From the NCBI GenBank assembly GCA_963843975.1, contig CAWJMG010000003.1, forward strand, positions 660,001-692,000: a DNA stretch of 32,000 nt, given 5' to 3'. The notes beneath the pieces are model-generated. The model worked only from the letters and a program-made list of their open reading frames with translations. It was not told the origin of the DNA and ran no database searches. This DNA is from an uncultured Actinomycetes bacterium (GTDB lineage Bacteria; Actinomycetota; Actinomycetes; S36-B12; CAIYMF01). A program made the translations under genes and the position numbers. Below are positions 19,896-32,000 of the stretch, one piece after another. Numbering within the stretch: the stretch's first letter is position 1; each line of letters begins with the position of its first letter.

Positions 19896-21304
19896 CGACC
19901 GAGACCCACGACGATCTCGAAGGCATCGGCCGGTACGACTTCGGCTGGGCCGACAAGGACGTGGCCGGTGCGAACGCGCGACGAGGCCTCAACGAGGACG
20001 TCGTCCGCGACATCAGCTCCCGCAAGAACGAGCCCGAGTGGATGCTGCAGATGCGCCTCAAGGCGCTGCGCCTGTTCGAGAAGAAGCCCATGCCTGGCTG
20101 GGGCTCGGACCTGTCGGGCATCGACTTCGACAACATCAAGTACTTCGTGAAGTCCACCGAGAAGCAGGCCGCCACCTGGGACGACCTGCCCGAGGACATC
20201 AAGAACACGTACGACCGCCTGGGCATCCCCGAGGCCGAGAAGCAGCGCCTCGTGTCCGGCGTGGCCGCGCAGTACGAGTCCGAGGTCGTCTACCACAAGA
20301 TCCGCGAGGACCTCGAGGAGCAGGGCGTCATCTTCCTCGACACCGACTCCGGCCTGCGCGAGCACGAGGACACCTTCAAGGAGTACTTCGGCTCGGTGAT
20401 CCCGAGCGGCGACAACAAGTTCTCCGCGCTCAACACCGCGGTGTGGTCCGGCGGCTCGTTCATCTACGTGCCCAAGGGCGTCCACGTCGACATCCCGCTG
20501 CAGGCCTACTTCCGGATCAACACCGAGAACATGGGCCAGTTCGAGCGCACGCTGATCATCGTCGACGAGGGTGCCTACGTTCACTACGTCGAGGGCTGCA
20601 CCGCGCCGATCTACTCCAGCGACTCGCTGCACTCGGCCGTCGTCGAGATCGTCGTGAAGAAGGGTGCCCGCTGCCGCTACACGACCATCCAGAACTGGTC
20701 GAACAACGTCTACAACCTCGTCACCAAGCGCGCCGTCGCCCAGGAGGGCGCCACCATGGAGTGGATCGACGGCAACATCGGGTCGAAGGTCACCATGAAG
20801 TACCCGGCCGTCTGGATGGTCGGCCCGCACGCCAAGGGCGAGACGCTGTCGATCGCGTTCGCGGGCGAGGGCCAGCACCAGGACGCCGGTTCCAAGATGG
20901 TCCACGCCGCTCCGCACACGTCGTCCACGATCATCTCGAAGTCGGTCGCGCGCGGCGGTGGCCGTACGTCGTACCGCGGTCTGGTGCAGGTGCTCGAGGA
21001 CGCCCACGGCTCCAAGAGCACGGTGAAGTGCGACGCGCTCCTGGTCGACGACATCAGCCGCTCGGACACCTACCCGTACGTCGACGTCCGCACCGACGAC
21101 GCGTCGATGGGCCACGAGGCCACGGTGTCCAAGGTGAGCGAGGACCAGCTCTTCTACCTCATGTCGCGCGGCATGACCGAGGACGAGGCGATGGCGATGA
21201 TCGTGCGCGGCTTCGTCGAGCCGATCGCGCGTGAGCTGCCCATGGAGTACGCGCTCGAGCTCAACCGGCTCATCGAGCTGCAGATGGAAGGAGCGGTCGG
21301 CTGA
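19892..21304 (+). CDS. sufB: Fe-S cluster assembly protein SufB
   Basis: 470 aa from the ATG at 19892. The pattern is SufB throughout ([24 protein letters not shown]-like, [13 protein letters not shown]). Confidence 0.95.
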   Translation: MTTETHDDLEGIGRYDFGWADKDVAGANARRGLNEDVVRDISSRKNEPEWMLQMRLKALRLFEKKPMPGWGSDLSGIDFDNIKYFVKSTEKQAATWDDLPEDIKNTYDRLGIPEAEKQRLVSGVAAQYESEVVYHKIREDLEEQGVIFLDTDSGLREHEDTFKEYFGSVIPSGDNKFSALNTAVWSGGSFIYVPKGVHVDIPLQAYFRINTENMGQFERTLIIVDEGAYVHYVEGCTAPIYSSDSLHSAVVEIVVKKGARCRYTTIQNWSNNVYNLVTKRAVAQEGATMEWIDGNIGSKVTMKYPAVWMVGPHAKGETLSIAFAGEGQHQDAGSKMVHAAPHTSSTIISKSVARGGGRTSYRGLVQVLEDAHGSKSTVKCDALLVDDISRSDTYPYVDVRTDDASMGHEATVSKVSEDQLFYLMSRGMTEDEAMAMIVRGFVEPIARELPMEYALELNRLIELQMEGAVG

Positions 21305-21305
21305 C

Positions 21306-22472
21306 ATGACCACAGCCACCGACACCCCCGGCACCGCCGCCGGAAACGTCTCGTCCGCGGTGGAGCGCTCCGCCCTCACCGGCCGCGAGGAGGCCTGGCG
21401 GTTCACGCCGCTGGCCCGTCTCCGCGGCCTGCACGCCGGCGTCGAGCGCCCTGTCGCGCCCGGCATCGAGGTCGACCTCGCACCCGAGGCCGTCTACGAC
21501 GTCGTGCCGACCGCCTCCCTGCCCGCGGCCGTCGGCCCGGTCGAGCTCCCGGCCGCGCTCGCGCGCGCCGCGGCGACCGAGTCCGCCGTCCTCACCTTCC
21601 CGAAGGAGTCCGTCGGGAGCCGTCCGACCGTCGTCCGCGTCACCGGCGCGGGCACGGGCAGCCACTCCGTGGGTCACCTCGTGATCCGCGCGGAGGCATT
21701 CGCCCAGGCTGTCGTCGTCGTGCAGTACACCGGCTCTGCGACGTACTCCGACAACGTGGAGATCGAGCTCGCCGACGGCGCCCAGCTCACCGTCGTGTCG
21801 CTGCAGGAATGGGAGGACAACACCGTCCACCTGGGCCGTCAGCACGCGGTGGTCGGGCGCAACGCCCGCCTCCGGTCGTTCATCGCGACCTTCGGCGGCG
21901 ACACCGTGCGCCTCGTCCCGACGGTCGAGTACTCCGGCCCGGGCGGAGCGGTCGAGCTCTTCGGCATCTACTTCGCCGACGCCGGCCAGCACCTCGAGCA
22001 CCGCTCGCTGATCGATCACGCCGTGCCGCACTGCACGTCCGACGTCCTGTTCAAGGGCGCCCTCAAGGGCGACCCGTCGGCGGGGGAGTCGGGCATCGCG
22101 CGCAGCGTGTGGGTCGGCGACGTCATCATCCGTGCCGCTGCTGTCGGCACCGACACCTACGAGCTCAACCGCAACCTCGTCCTCACCGACGCCGCGCGGG
22201 CCGACTCGGTCCCCAACCTCGAGATCGAGACCGGCGAGATCGTCGGCGCCGGCCACGCGAGCGCCACGGGCCGGTTCGACGACGAGCAGCTCTTCTACCT
22301 GCAGGCGCGCGGCATCCCGGCCGACGTCGCCACCCAGCTCGTCGTGCGCGGCTTCTTCGCCGACGTGATCTCCCGCCTCGGGCTTCCCGAGTGGGAGCTG
22401 CACCTCCTCGGTGCGATCGACAACGAGCTCGGCTTCCAGGCGGGCGGCTTCCTCGAGGACGGCGACGAGTGA
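21306..22472 (+). CDS. sufD: Fe-S cluster assembly protein SufD
   Basis: 388 aa from the ATG at 21306, 1 nt after the sufB stop. It has a SufB/D beta-helix pattern and the C-terminal FYLQARGIPADVATQLVVRGF. Confidence 0.9.
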   Translation: MTTATDTPGTAAGNVSSAVERSALTGREEAWRFTPLARLRGLHAGVERPVAPGIEVDLAPEAVYDVVPTASLPAAVGPVELPAALARAAATESAVLTFPKESVGSRPTVVRVTGAGTGSHSVGHLVIRAEAFAQAVVVVQYTGSATYSDNVEIELADGAQLTVVSLQEWEDNTVHLGRQHAVVGRNARLRSFIATFGGDTVRLVPTVEYSGPGGAVELFGIYFADAGQHLEHRSLIDHAVPHCTSDVLFKGALKGDPSAGESGIARSVWVGDVIIRAAAVGTDTYELNRNLVLTDAARADSVPNLEIETGEIVGAGHASATGRFDDEQLFYLQARGIPADVATQLVVRGFFADVISRLGLPEWELHLLGAIDNELGFQAGGFLEDGDE

Positions 22473-22804
22473 GCGCCGTCGAGGTCTGCAAGCTCGCCGA
22501 CGTCCCGGCCGTGGGCGCGCTCGCGGTCGTCGTGGGTGGAGTCCCCGTGGCCGTCGTGCGCGACGAGAACGGCGACCTGCACGCCATCCGCGACATCTGC
22601 TCGCACGCCGACGTCGCACTGTCCGAGGGCGAGGTCGACGGCTGCACGATCGAGTGCTGGCTGCACGGCTCGCGCTTCGACCTGCGCGACGGCAAGCCCA
22701 CCGGCCCCCCGGCCGTCACCGCAGTCCCCGTCTACCTGGTGAGCGTGGAGGGCGAGGGCGACGACGCCGTCGTCCTCGTCGACACCTCCGCCCGCCCCCG
22801 CTGA
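22469..22804 (+). CDS. Rieske [2Fe-2S] ferredoxin-like protein embedded in the suf operon
   Basis: 111 aa from GTG 22469, which forms a GTGA overlap with the sufD stop. The Rieske ligand motifs CSH (ICSHADV) and CWLH (ECWLHGSRF) are present. Confidence 0.85.
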   Translation: MSAVEVCKLADVPAVGALAVVVGGVPVAVVRDENGDLHAIRDICSHADVALSEGEVDGCTIECWLHGSRFDLRDGKPTGPPAVTAVPVYLVSVEGEGDDAVVLVDTSARPR

Positions 22805-24936
<2,132 letters not shown>

Positions 24937-24937
<1 letters not shown>

Positions 24938-25389
24938 TGGACCTCGAGAACCTGTACCAGGAGATCATCCTCGACCACTACAAGCACCCGCGCGGCAAGG
25001 GACTTCGCGATCCCTTCCAGGCCGAGGTGCACCACGTCAACCCGACCTGCGGCGACGAGATCACCCTGCGTGTCGAGGTCGAGGGCGACATCGTCACCGA
25101 CGTCTCGTACGACGGCATGGGCTGCTCCATCTCGCAGGCCTCGGCCAGCGTGCTGTTCGAGCAGCTCGTCGGCCAGAGCGTGGAGACCGGGCTCGCCACG
25201 ACCGACGAGTTCCTCGCGCTCATGCAGGGGCGCGGACAGGTCGAGCCCGACGAGGACGTCCTCGGCGACGCTGTGGCGTTCGCCGGCGTCGCGAAGTACC
25301 CGGCACGCGTCAAGTGCGCGCTGCTGTCATGGATGGCATGGAAGGACGCGGTCTCCCAGGCCGTCGTGGCAACGAAGGAGCCCTCATGA
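24937..25389 (+). CDS. sufU: SufU/IscU-like sulfur-transfer scaffold protein
   Basis: 150 aa with conserved CGD, GMGCSIS and KCALL motifs. The ATG shares its A with the sufS TGA. Confidence 0.9.
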
Positions 25390-25733
25390 CCGAGACCACT
25401 GCACCCATCGCGGGTGGCGACGGGATCACGCCCGACGACGAGGTGATCGAGGCCCTCAAGGACGTCGTCGACCCCGAGCTGGGGATCAACGTCGTCGACC
25501 TGGGCCTCGTGTACGGCGTCCAGGTGGACGACAGCAACATCGCGACCATCGACCTCACGCTGACCTCGGCGGCGTGCCCGCTGACCGACGTCATCGAGGA
25601 CCAGACCCGTGCGGCGCTCGACGGCATCGTCGCCGACTACCGCATCAACTGGGTCTGGATGCCGCCGTGGGGCCCGGACAAGATCACCGACGACGGCCGC
25701 GAGATGCTCCGCGCCCTCGGCTTCAACCTGTAG
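25386..25733 (+). CDS. DUF59 (SufT/PaaD-like) Fe-S assembly protein
   Basis: 115 aa with DPELGINVVDLGLVY and TLTSAACPL motifs of the DUF59 family. It has an ATGA overlap with sufU. Confidence 0.85.
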   Translation: MTETTAPIAGGDGITPDDEVIEALKDVVDPELGINVVDLGLVYGVQVDDSNIATIDLTLTSAACPLTDVIEDQTRAALDGIVADYRINWVWMPPWGPDKITDDGREMLRALGFNL

Positions 25734-25741
25734 CAGCGTCG

Positions 25742-25775
25742 GGACGCCCCCTGGCCGTGTGGTCGGGGGGCGTCC
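25742..25775 (+). terminator. Hairpin after the last suf gene
   Basis: GGACGCCCCC (25742-25751) / GGGGGCGTCC (25766-25775) with a 14-nt loop, 9 nt after the stop. There is no T-tract. Confidence 0.5.
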
Positions 25776-25785
25776 GCGCGCCAAC

Positions 25786-25791
25786 TAGAAT
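25786..25791 (+). promoter_or_regulatory. -10-like hexamer TAGAAT 9 nt upstream of the ABC-F GTG (short-leader or leaderless candidate)
   Basis: The sequence reads TAGAAT-ctccgtctt-GTG with no purine-rich SD in the spacer. Confidence 0.3.
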
Positions 25792-25800
25792 CTCCGTCTT

Positions 25801-27405
<1,605 letters not shown>

Positions 27406-27477
27406 TCCGAGACCGGGCCGGTTGCAGCGTCCCGTCGGCGGGGTACCGTTGATCAATCCCGGCAACTGGAGGCAGCG

Positions 27478-27702
27478 GTGGCAGAGCTCGGCAAGGGTCG
27501 ACGGGTCCAGGGCGGCGAGCGCGACAAGCTGACCAACGACCTCAAGAAGAAGTACGTCGCCGGAGCCAGCATCCGCGACCTCGCCGAGGCCACCGGTCGT
27601 TCGTACGGCTTCGTGCACCGGCTGCTGTCGGAGTCTGGCGTGACGCTTCGCGGCCGCGGCGGAGCCACCCGGGGCAAGGCCAAGCCGAAGGCGAAGGCGT
27701 AG
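27478..27702 (+). CDS. Small helix-turn-helix protein with a basic C-terminal tail
   Basis: 74 aa. The block KKKYVAGASIRDLAEATGRSYGFVHRLLSESGVTLRGRGG is a conserved actinobacterial HTH family. GGAGG lies 5 nt upstream of the GTG. Confidence 0.8.
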   Translation: MAELGKGRRVQGGERDKLTNDLKKKYVAGASIRDLAEATGRSYGFVHRLLSESGVTLRGRGGATRGKAKPKAKA

Positions 27703-27794
27703 CCCTGAACGCTCCTGTTCCCGCCGAGGTCCTCGACGACGGCGGCATCACCGTCTCCTGGTCGGGTGCTTCGGGCGAGCCCGTCGTCACCGTC

Positions 27795-28505
27795 ATGCTC
27801 GACCGGGCCGAGAAGCGCAACGCGCAGACGCCCGCGACCTGGCGCGCGCTGGCCGCCGTCGGCGACCACCTTCCCGACGGCACCCGCGTGGTGGTGCTCC
27901 GCGGCGCCGGCCCGGTGTTCAGCGCGGGCATCGACCTGCGCACCTTCACCCCCGACGGCGTAGACGGCGAGAAGCTGCTCGAGCAGATCGCGGCCCTCGA
28001 CGATCCCGGTGTCTCCGACCTCATCGCAGGCTTCCAGCGGGCGTTCAGCTGGTGGCACGACCGCGACGACGTCATCACCGTCGCGGCCGTGCAGGGCGCC
28101 GCGGTCGGCGCCGGGTTCCAGCTGGCCCTCGCCTGCGACCTGCGGGTCGCCAGCGCCGACGCCCGCTTCGCGATGCGGGAGACGTCCCTCGGCCTCGTCC
28201 CCGACCTCGCAGGCACCCACCCGCTCGTCCGCGCGGTCGGCTACGGCCGCGCCCTCGAGCTCTGCGCCACCGGACGCTGGGTCCCGGCCGACGAGGCGAA
28301 GGCCTGGGGACTGGTCTCCGCCGTGGGCGACGACCTCGACGCCGTGGTCGACGCCACCGTCACAGGGCTCCTGGCGGCGCCTGAGGCGTCGCTGCGGGCC
28401 ACCAAGGCCGTGCTCAGGGCAGCGATGGGCCAGGACGCTGTCGCCCAGCGCCGTACCGAGCGGGAGACCCAGATCGGGCTCCTGCGCGGCCTGCTCGGCG
28501 GCTGA
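27795..28505 (+). CDS. Enoyl-CoA hydratase/isomerase (crotonase) family protein; N-terminus probably longer
   Basis: Crotonase pattern RAEKRNAQ...VVVLRGAGPVFSAGIDL...AAVQGAAVGAGFQLALACDLRV. Coordinates start at the first canonical start codon. The frame is open upstream and encodes the expected first beta-strand (see findings). Confidence 0.8.
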   Translation: MLDRAEKRNAQTPATWRALAAVGDHLPDGTRVVVLRGAGPVFSAGIDLRTFTPDGVDGEKLLEQIAALDDPGVSDLIAGFQRAFSWWHDRDDVITVAAVQGAAVGAGFQLALACDLRVASADARFAMRETSLGLVPDLAGTHPLVRAVGYGRALELCATGRWVPADEAKAWGLVSAVGDDLDAVVDATVTGLLAAPEASLRATKAVLRAAMGQDAVAQRRTERETQIGLLRGLLGG

Positions 28506-28512
28506 CCGCCCA

Positions 28513-28535
28513 GCGGACGGGTGTCGCCCGTCTGC
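28513..28535 (+). terminator. Short hairpin after the crotonase gene
   Basis: Core GACGGG (28516-28521) / CCCGTC (28527-28532), extended by 3 pairs (one G-U), with a 5-nt loop. Confidence 0.3.
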
Positions 28536-28573
28536 CTGCCGCGATGGGGCCCTGCGCGGGGGAGGATGTCGGG

Positions 28574-29356
28574 GTGACCCGCCGCCGCCCGCTCGCTGCC
28601 GTCTCGGCCCTGGCCGCTGCCGCGTTCGCCGTCCTGGCGGCGCTCGCCCCGGCTCCGGCGGCCGAGGCGGCGGTGCCGCTGCCGGCCGACATCAGCGCGC
28701 TCCCTGCGACGGTGAAGCAGATCGTGACGGTCGAGGGCGGCTACGCGAGCACCTACGCGACCGTCACCGCCTGGGCCCGGGTGAACGGCTCGTGGGTCGT
28801 GCGCATGCGCACGACGGGGCGAGTCGGCTACAACGGGCTCTCGGCGATGGGGCCCGGGATCCGCAAGCAGAACGACGGCACCACGCCGACCGGGCTGTAC
28901 CGCATCGGCTACGGCTTCGGCCCGGTCGCCAACCCAGGCACGTCGATGTGGTGGCGGCGCTTCGACCGCAACGACTACTGGACGTACGACGCCCGCGATC
29001 CCAAGACCTACAACGTGTTCCAGACCCAACGACCTGCGACGTCGTGGTGGCGCGCGCGATCGCCGTACAGCGAGCACCTCTGGGACTTCCGCAGCCAGTA
29101 CACCTACGCGTTCGTCATCAACTTCAACCTGCCCCAGGCGAAGCCCTTCCAGCGCGCCGACGGGCAGTGGGTCACGGCGAGCCCGGCCAACACCGCACGG
29201 GGCGGCGGGATCTTCCTGCACGTCAACGGCGACGGCGCCACCGCGGGCTGCGTCTCGGTGCCGAAGGCGCAGATGCTCTGGCTGGCCCGCTGGTTCCACC
29301 CCGAGTACCAGCCCACCATCGCGATCGGCCCCACCGCGCTCATCCGCGGGCTGTAG
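28574..29356 (+). CDS. Secreted L,D-transpeptidase (YkuD)-like protein
   Basis: The start is set at GTG 28574 (GGAGGA 7 nt upstream), with ATG 28544 as the alternative. The signal peptide is VTRRRPLAAVSALAAAAFAVLAALAPAPAAEA. A catalytic-type motif GGGIFLHVNGDGATAGCVSV (His ... Cys) is present. Confidence 0.75.
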   Translation: MTRRRPLAAVSALAAAAFAVLAALAPAPAAEAAVPLPADISALPATVKQIVTVEGGYASTYATVTAWARVNGSWVVRMRTTGRVGYNGLSAMGPGIRKQNDGTTPTGLYRIGYGFGPVANPGTSMWWRRFDRNDYWTYDARDPKTYNVFQTQRPATSWWRARSPYSEHLWDFRSQYTYAFVINFNLPQAKPFQRADGQWVTASPANTARGGGIFLHVNGDGATAGCVSVPKAQMLWLARWFHPEYQPTIAIGPTALIRGL

Positions 29357-29479
29357 GCGCGCCCTCCGGTCGCGGGCCGTCGGGGGAGCCTGGGACGCTG
29401 TCCACGGGAACAACGCGGGGGAGCATCGCGTTGCGACCACGGTGCGGCCAGGCGGCCGCAGGACCCAGGAGGCTCACGC

Positions 29480-31360
29480 GTGTCGATGTCCGGCCAGCAC
29501 ATGGCATGGCGCTCGTACCGTCGTGACGACTCGGTGCTCAGCAAGAAGCTCGCTCCCGGCACGTTCCGCCGGATCCTGCGCTACGCCACGCCGTACAAGG
29601 CCCTGGTCGTCGGCTTCCTGATCACCCTCGTCATCGACGCCGTGCTCGTCGTGGCCCAGCCGCTGCTGTTCCGCCGGATCATCGACCAGGGTGTGACGCC
29701 GGGCAACGCGCAGGTCGTCACCGTCACCGCGATCCTCATCGCCGTCATCGCGTTCTTCGACGCCGGCCTCACGCTGGTCGGTCGCTGGTACTCCTCGCGC
29801 ATCGGCGAGGGCCTCATCTACGACCTCCGCACGCAGGTCTTCGACCACGTGCAGCGGATGCCGGTCGCCTTCTTCACCCGTGCCCAGACCGGCGCCCTCG
29901 TGTCGCGTCTGAACAACGACGTCATCGGTGCGCAGCAGGCCTTCACCTCGACCCTGTCGGGCGTCGTCGGCAACATGATCAGCCTCGTCGCCGTCGTCAT
30001 CGCGATGATGTTCCTGTCGTGGCAGATCACGGTCGCCTCGCTGATCCTGCTGCCGATCTTCCTCGTGCCCGCACGCTGGATCGGCCGCACGCTGCAGCAG
30101 ATGACGCGCGAGCAGATGCAGCTCAACGCCGACATGTCCACGCAGATGACCGAGCGGTTCAACGTCGCAGGCGCCCTGCTGGTGAAGCTCTTCGGCCGCC
30201 CTGACGAGGAGGCCGCCGACTTCTCCGGCAAGTCCGGACGGGTGCGCGACATCGGCGTCAAGATCGCCATGGCCAACCGCGTGTTCTTCACCGCCCTGGC
30301 TCTCGTCGCCTCGCTCGCGACGGCGCTGGTCTACGGTGTCGGAGGCAACCTGGTCATCACGGGCGTCCTCACGATCGGCACCCTGCTGGCGCTGGCGGCG
30401 CTGCTCGGCCGGCTGTACGGGCCGCTCACCGCCCTCTCCAACGTGCGCGTCGACGTCATGACGGCGCTGGTCAGCTTCGAGCGCGTCTTCGAGGTGCTCG
30501 ACCTCGAGCCGATGGTGCAGGACAAGGCCGACGCCGCGGCGCTCACACCCGGCCCCGCGACCGTGCGCTTCGACCACGTCCGCTTCCGTTACCCGTCGGC
30601 CGAGGAGGTCTCGCTGGCCTCGCTCGAGTCGATCGCGCGGCAAGACACCTCGCCGGTCCGCGACGACGTGCTGCGCGAGGTCTCCTTCACGGCCGAGCCC
30701 GGCCAGATGGTGGCCCTCGTCGGCCCGTCCGGTGCCGGCAAGACCACCATCACGGCCCTCGTCAGCCGGCTGTACGACGTCACCGAGGGGTCGGTGACGG
30801 TCAACGGCTCCGACGTCCGCGACGTCACGCAGGAGTCCCTTCACGCGCTCGTGGGCGTCGTGACGCAGGACGCGCACATGTTCCACGACACGATCCGCGC
30901 CAACCTGCTCTACGCCAAGCCAGGTGCGACCGACGAGCAGCTGCACGACGCGCTGCGGGACGCCCAGGTGCTCGGCCTCGTGCAGGCTCTGCCGGACGGC
31001 CTCGACACCGTCGTGGGCGACCGTGGCTACCGGCTCTCGGGTGGCGAGAAGCAGCGCATGGCCATCGCGCGCCTTCTGCTCAAGGCCCCCGACGTCGTCG
31101 TGCTCGACGAGGCCACTGCCCACCTCGACAGCGAGTCGGAGGTCGCCGTCCAGGAGGCGCTTGCCAACGCGCTGCAGGGCCGCACGTCGCTGGTGATCGC
31201 GCACCGCCTGTCGACGATCCGCGAGGCCGACAAGATCCTCGTGATCGTCGACGGCCGCGTCGCCGAGCAGGGCCGCCACGACGAACTGCTGGCCGCCGGC
31301 GGCACGTACTCCGACCTCTACCGCACCCAGTTCGCGACCCAAGAGCCCGCGACCGCCTGA
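29480..31360 (+). CDS. ABC exporter, fused transmembrane and ATP-binding domains (MsbA/MdlB-like)
   Basis: 626 aa with an N-terminal six-helix TMD and a C-terminal NBD (GPSGAGKTT, LSGGEKQR, VVVLDEATAHLD). AGGAGG lies 7 nt upstream of the GTG. Confidence 0.9.
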   Translation: MSMSGQHMAWRSYRRDDSVLSKKLAPGTFRRILRYATPYKALVVGFLITLVIDAVLVVAQPLLFRRIIDQGVTPGNAQVVTVTAILIAVIAFFDAGLTLVGRWYSSRIGEGLIYDLRTQVFDHVQRMPVAFFTRAQTGALVSRLNNDVIGAQQAFTSTLSGVVGNMISLVAVVIAMMFLSWQITVASLILLPIFLVPARWIGRTLQQMTREQMQLNADMSTQMTERFNVAGALLVKLFGRPDEEAADFSGKSGRVRDIGVKIAMANRVFFTALALVASLATALVYGVGGNLVITGVLTIGTLLALAALLGRLYGPLTALSNVRVDVMTALVSFERVFEVLDLEPMVQDKADAAALTPGPATVRFDHVRFRYPSAEEVSLASLESIARQDTSPVRDDVLREVSFTAEPGQMVALVGPSGAGKTTITALVSRLYDVTEGSVTVNGSDVRDVTQESLHALVGVVTQDAHMFHDTIRANLLYAKPGATDEQLHDALRDAQVLGLVQALPDGLDTVVGDRGYRLSGGEKQRMAIARLLLKAPDVVVLDEATAHLDSESEVAVQEALANALQGRTSLVIAHRLSTIREADKILVIVDGRVAEQGRHDELLAAGGTYSDLYRTQFATQEPATA

Positions 31361-31365
31361 ACCCC

Positions 31366-31417
31366 CGATTCGGTAGTGCCAAGGCGTCACCCGTGACGCT
31401 TCGGCACTACCGAATCG
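31366..31417. terminator. Long imperfect inverted repeat filling the gap between convergent stop codons
   Basis: 25-nt arms CGATTCGGTAGTGCCAAGGCGTCAC (31366-31390) and GTGACGCTTCGGCACTACCGAATCG (31393-31417), with 2 mismatches. It ends exactly at the DUF1801 stop codon (31418). Confidence 0.55.
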
Positions 31418-31768
31418 TCAGGTGCGTTCGGCGGCCAGGGCCTCGACGATGCGGCGGACGAGCTCGAGGTCGACGCCGTCCTTCAGCGCGAGCTTGGTCG
31501 TGCCGCGGCCGGAGGAGTACGGCGCCAGCTCCTCGACCAGGTCGGGCGGAGAACCCGGCGTCGGGTAGATGCTCACGTGCTTGGCCCAGCCGGCCACGTG
31601 CACGACCGCGTGCCCGTCGACGTCGAAGGTCGGCATGCCGTAGCTGATCCGCTCGGTGGCGGCGGGCACCACCTCGTGGACGATCGCGCGGATCTGCGCG
31701 ATCACCTCGCGGACGTGCTCGGGCTGGGCGGCCAGGTAGTCGTCGATGGTGCTCGGTGCGTCGGCCAT
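31418..31768 (-). CDS. DUF1801 (YdhG-like) domain protein
   Basis: 116 aa. The pattern IDDYLAAQPEHVREVIAQIRAIV...ISYGMPTF...HVAGWAKHVSIYP is typical of DUF1801 proteins. Confidence 0.8.
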   Translation of the reverse strand: MADAPSTIDDYLAAQPEHVREVIAQIRAIVHEVVPAATERISYGMPTFDVDGHAVVHVAGWAKHVSIYPTPGSPPDLVEELAPYSSGRGTTKLALKDGVDLELVRRIVEALAAERT

Positions 31769-31790
31769 GCGGGCGAGTATGGACTGCCGG

Positions 31791-32000
<210 letters not shown>

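Noticed and set aside
27449-27456. Palindrome TTGATCAA upstream of the small HTH gene, considered as an operator.
   Set aside because: It is a single 8-bp palindrome in a short AT-richer promoter patch. There is no second copy and no known motif match, so the evidence is not enough for more than a note.
28506-28573. Possible riboswitch or leader upstream of the secreted L,D-transpeptidase-like gene, and likewise 29357..29479 upstream of the ABC exporter (small hairpin CAACGCG/CGCGTTG at 29411-29433).
   Set aside because: The regions are too short and lack any conserved riboswitch core I can recognise. The structures are simple short hairpins consistent with weak terminators.

Overview
Very GC-rich actinobacterial chromosome segment, almost entirely conserved housekeeping genes. 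Order left to right: gap(partial)-pgk-tpiA-secG-rbpA (+); pgl-opcA-zwf-tal-tkt (-, pentose-phosphate cluster); ctaB (+); an ATP-grasp gene (+) convergent with a UvrA-like ABC ATPase (-); ctaA (-); an anti-sigma/ECF sigma pair (-); an ABC-2 permease and ATPase (-); divergent sufR-sufB-sufD-Rieske-sufC-sufS-sufU-DUF59 (+); ABC-F ATPase, small HTH protein, enoyl-CoA hydratase, secreted L,D-transpeptidase-like protein, ABC exporter (+); DUF1801 and a partial SDR (-). As I recall it, the backbone order matches the Mycobacterium tuberculosis Rv1436-Rv1473 region. I saw no rRNA, tRNA, CRISPR array, transposase, integrase or phage gene, and I cannot point to a convincing novel multi-gene system. The most notable observation is three single-nucleotide frame disruptions within about 3.1 kb. 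They hit exactly the three lineage-variable regulatory/repair genes (UvrA-like, anti-sigma, ECF sigma), while the other 30 CDS read cleanly. Secondary observations are a Lys/Ala-rich KKAA-repeat tail on OpcA, a candidate SufR operator CAAC-N6-GTTG abutting the sufR start, a Rieske ferredoxin coupled into the suf operon, several leaderless-type promoter candidates, an enoyl-CoA hydratase with no canonical start for its N-terminal strand, and strong intergenic hairpins. All homology calls come from reading the supplied translations. No database search was run.
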